Assembly (NCBI GenBank): GCA_024704765.1
Contig: JAKMXF010000114.1
Location: forward strand, 1 to 20,344
DNA: 20,344 nt
Reading direction: 5' to 3'
Source: Oopsacas minuta
Lineage: Eukaryota; Animalia; Porifera
In this document: positions 19,224 to 20,344 of the stretch, one piece after another
Position numbering within the stretch: position 1 is the first letter of the stretch
Layout: each line of letters starts with the position of its first letter
Made by a program: the position numbers and the translations under genes
The notes under the pieces: model-generated
What the model saw: only the letters and a program-made list of their open reading frames with translations
What the model was told of the DNA's origin: nothing
Database searches by the model: none

Positions 19224-20344
19224 TCAAGGTTGAAATTTTTCCTTTTTCCCTTTTTTCAACGGAGGTTCTTTAGTAAGAAATAGTTTACTAAATTTTTTAT
19301 TGCACAGTTTCCTACCTTTTTTGTCCTGACACATTTCCTGAACTAACTTAATTAACTCTTCTCTATTGAGTTGCTGAATATGGTCAAATTCATCATCTTC
19401 TGCCCCAAAATCCATATTCGGTATTCCACTAATCGTATTAGCACGCATCTTTCTATCCGCGAGGTCAGAGGTATTGTCATCTGTATCATGATGATTGGAT
19501 TTGAATTCTTTCATTTCAAATGATGTAACATTTGAATTTTCACGATTAGATTGTGTGAATGGATGCAGACTAACTATATTATTCCCTTTGAATAATTTTT
19601 TATGGTTGCTCATAGGTAGTTGATGACATTCTCTATGATTGTCCTGCAATTCAACGGATTTTTTAGGGTAAGGTATGCTAGTATTCGAATCAGTTTCCGT
19701 TTCAGATAAATAGCCATTAAATCCGTTAAATCGATAAATGGAAATTATTCGGTCTTTAAGGTCGAATAACAGACGATATTTATCTGCTTGATCGATACAA
19801 CTAACGTAAAGACATTTGTTACCAGTTCGATCGATTATTCCTTTCACTTTCTCCATACCTCGCATTGCTATCTGTGATTCCAGCTTAGCAACTCTCTCTT
19901 CAAACGTGCTACATCCATTCAGTTCATCGATTGTTGTGAATACAATTACAGTTCTCTTCCACATTTCTTCTTTATCCTTGAAATACAATTCTGAAAACTC
20001 TTCCAGTTCATCAATCAATTGTGAGATGATTCTTTCATTTGACTTTATCAAGAGAAGGAAGATACTCACTCCTCCCTCATCATTCACACCTTCTATTAAT
20101 CTGTTCCAGTGTTCTTCCAGTTGTGGAATTTCAAAACCACTACACATGCCTGGAGATTCGTGGATTCGTACTTTAGCCATTTCTGATTTGCTTTGTATAT
20201 CAATGGTTTCAGCATAGAACTGTTGAGTAGACATTGAGTCTACACCTTTCAACTGATTGTTCTTAGTTAGATATGAAAGTAATGTAGTTTGTCCACAACC
20301 ACTCTTTCCAAACATCAAAATGTTCACTAAACCTGTTTCATTTC
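19224..20344 (-). CDS. A2: AIG1/GIMAP-like degenerate GTPase (5'-partial at the window edge)
   Basis: G1 GKSGCGQTT, G3 IHESPG, conserved-box-like SIFLLLIKSNER, G4 FTTID, then a low-complexity linker, the QQLNRE helix and a basic tail. The frame is open to the window end; the ORF-track start at 20327 is an internal GTG. Combined with the A3 N-terminus it would be about 474 aa. Confidence 0.9.
   Translation of the reverse strand, partial: NETGLVNILMFGKSGCGQTTLLSYLTKNNQLKGVDSMSTQQFYAETIDIQSKSEMAKVRIHESPGMCSGFEIPQLEEHWNRLIEGVNDEGGVSIFLLLIKSNERIISQLIDELEEFSELYFKDKEEMWKRTVIVFTTIDELNGCSTFEERVAKLESQIAMRGMEKVKGIIDRTGNKCLYVSCIDQADKYRLLFDLKDRIISIYRFNGFNGYLSETETDSNTSIPYPKKSVELQDNHRECHQLPMSNHKKLFKGNNIVSLHPFTQSNRENSNVTSFEMKEFKSNHHDTDDNTSDLADRKMRANTISGIPNMDFGAEDDEFDHIQQLNREELIKLVQEMCQDKKGRKLCNKKFSKLFLTKEPPLKKGKKEKFQP

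Noticed and set aside
1029-20217. Antisense and shadow ORFs (1029-1238, 1474-1734, 1751-1939, 1782-1988, 4573-4794, 10109-10324, 17642-17977, 18306-18515, 19816-20217)
   Set aside because: They overlap well-supported genes. Their mutual similarity only mirrors the duplicated sense genes.

Overview
AT-rich, compact eukaryotic genomic DNA. Most genes are intronless; one spliced gene has GT-AG introns of 51-267 bp. There are two single-N assembly junctions, at 4957 and 9718. The gene content and style suggest a non-bilaterian animal, and remind me of glass-sponge genomes (unverified impression). The dominant structure is a two-gene AIG1/GIMAP-like module. A degenerate-motif GTPase-fold gene ('A': Walker A GKSGCGQT, HESPG, FTTID) is followed head-to-tail by a canonical, probably N-myristoylated GTPase ('B': GxxGAGKS, DTPG, FTKVD). 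The module sits at both window ends in inverted orientation (A1 <3..620, B1 979..1998; B2 18565..17623, A2 >20344..19224). Two more A-type 5' fragments face each other across the N at 4957. Between these lie a tetraspanin, a 6-repeat NHL gene truncated by a gap, an RNF26-like multi-TM RING ligase, a spliced coiled-coil/IQ-like gene, an NHL pseudogene, and many short TIR elements, two of them nested inside other elements. The best candidate for an undescribed system is the pseudo-GTPase/GTPase pair, which shows sequence signs of gene conversion and diversifying selection. No database search or expression data were available, so novelty is unverified.
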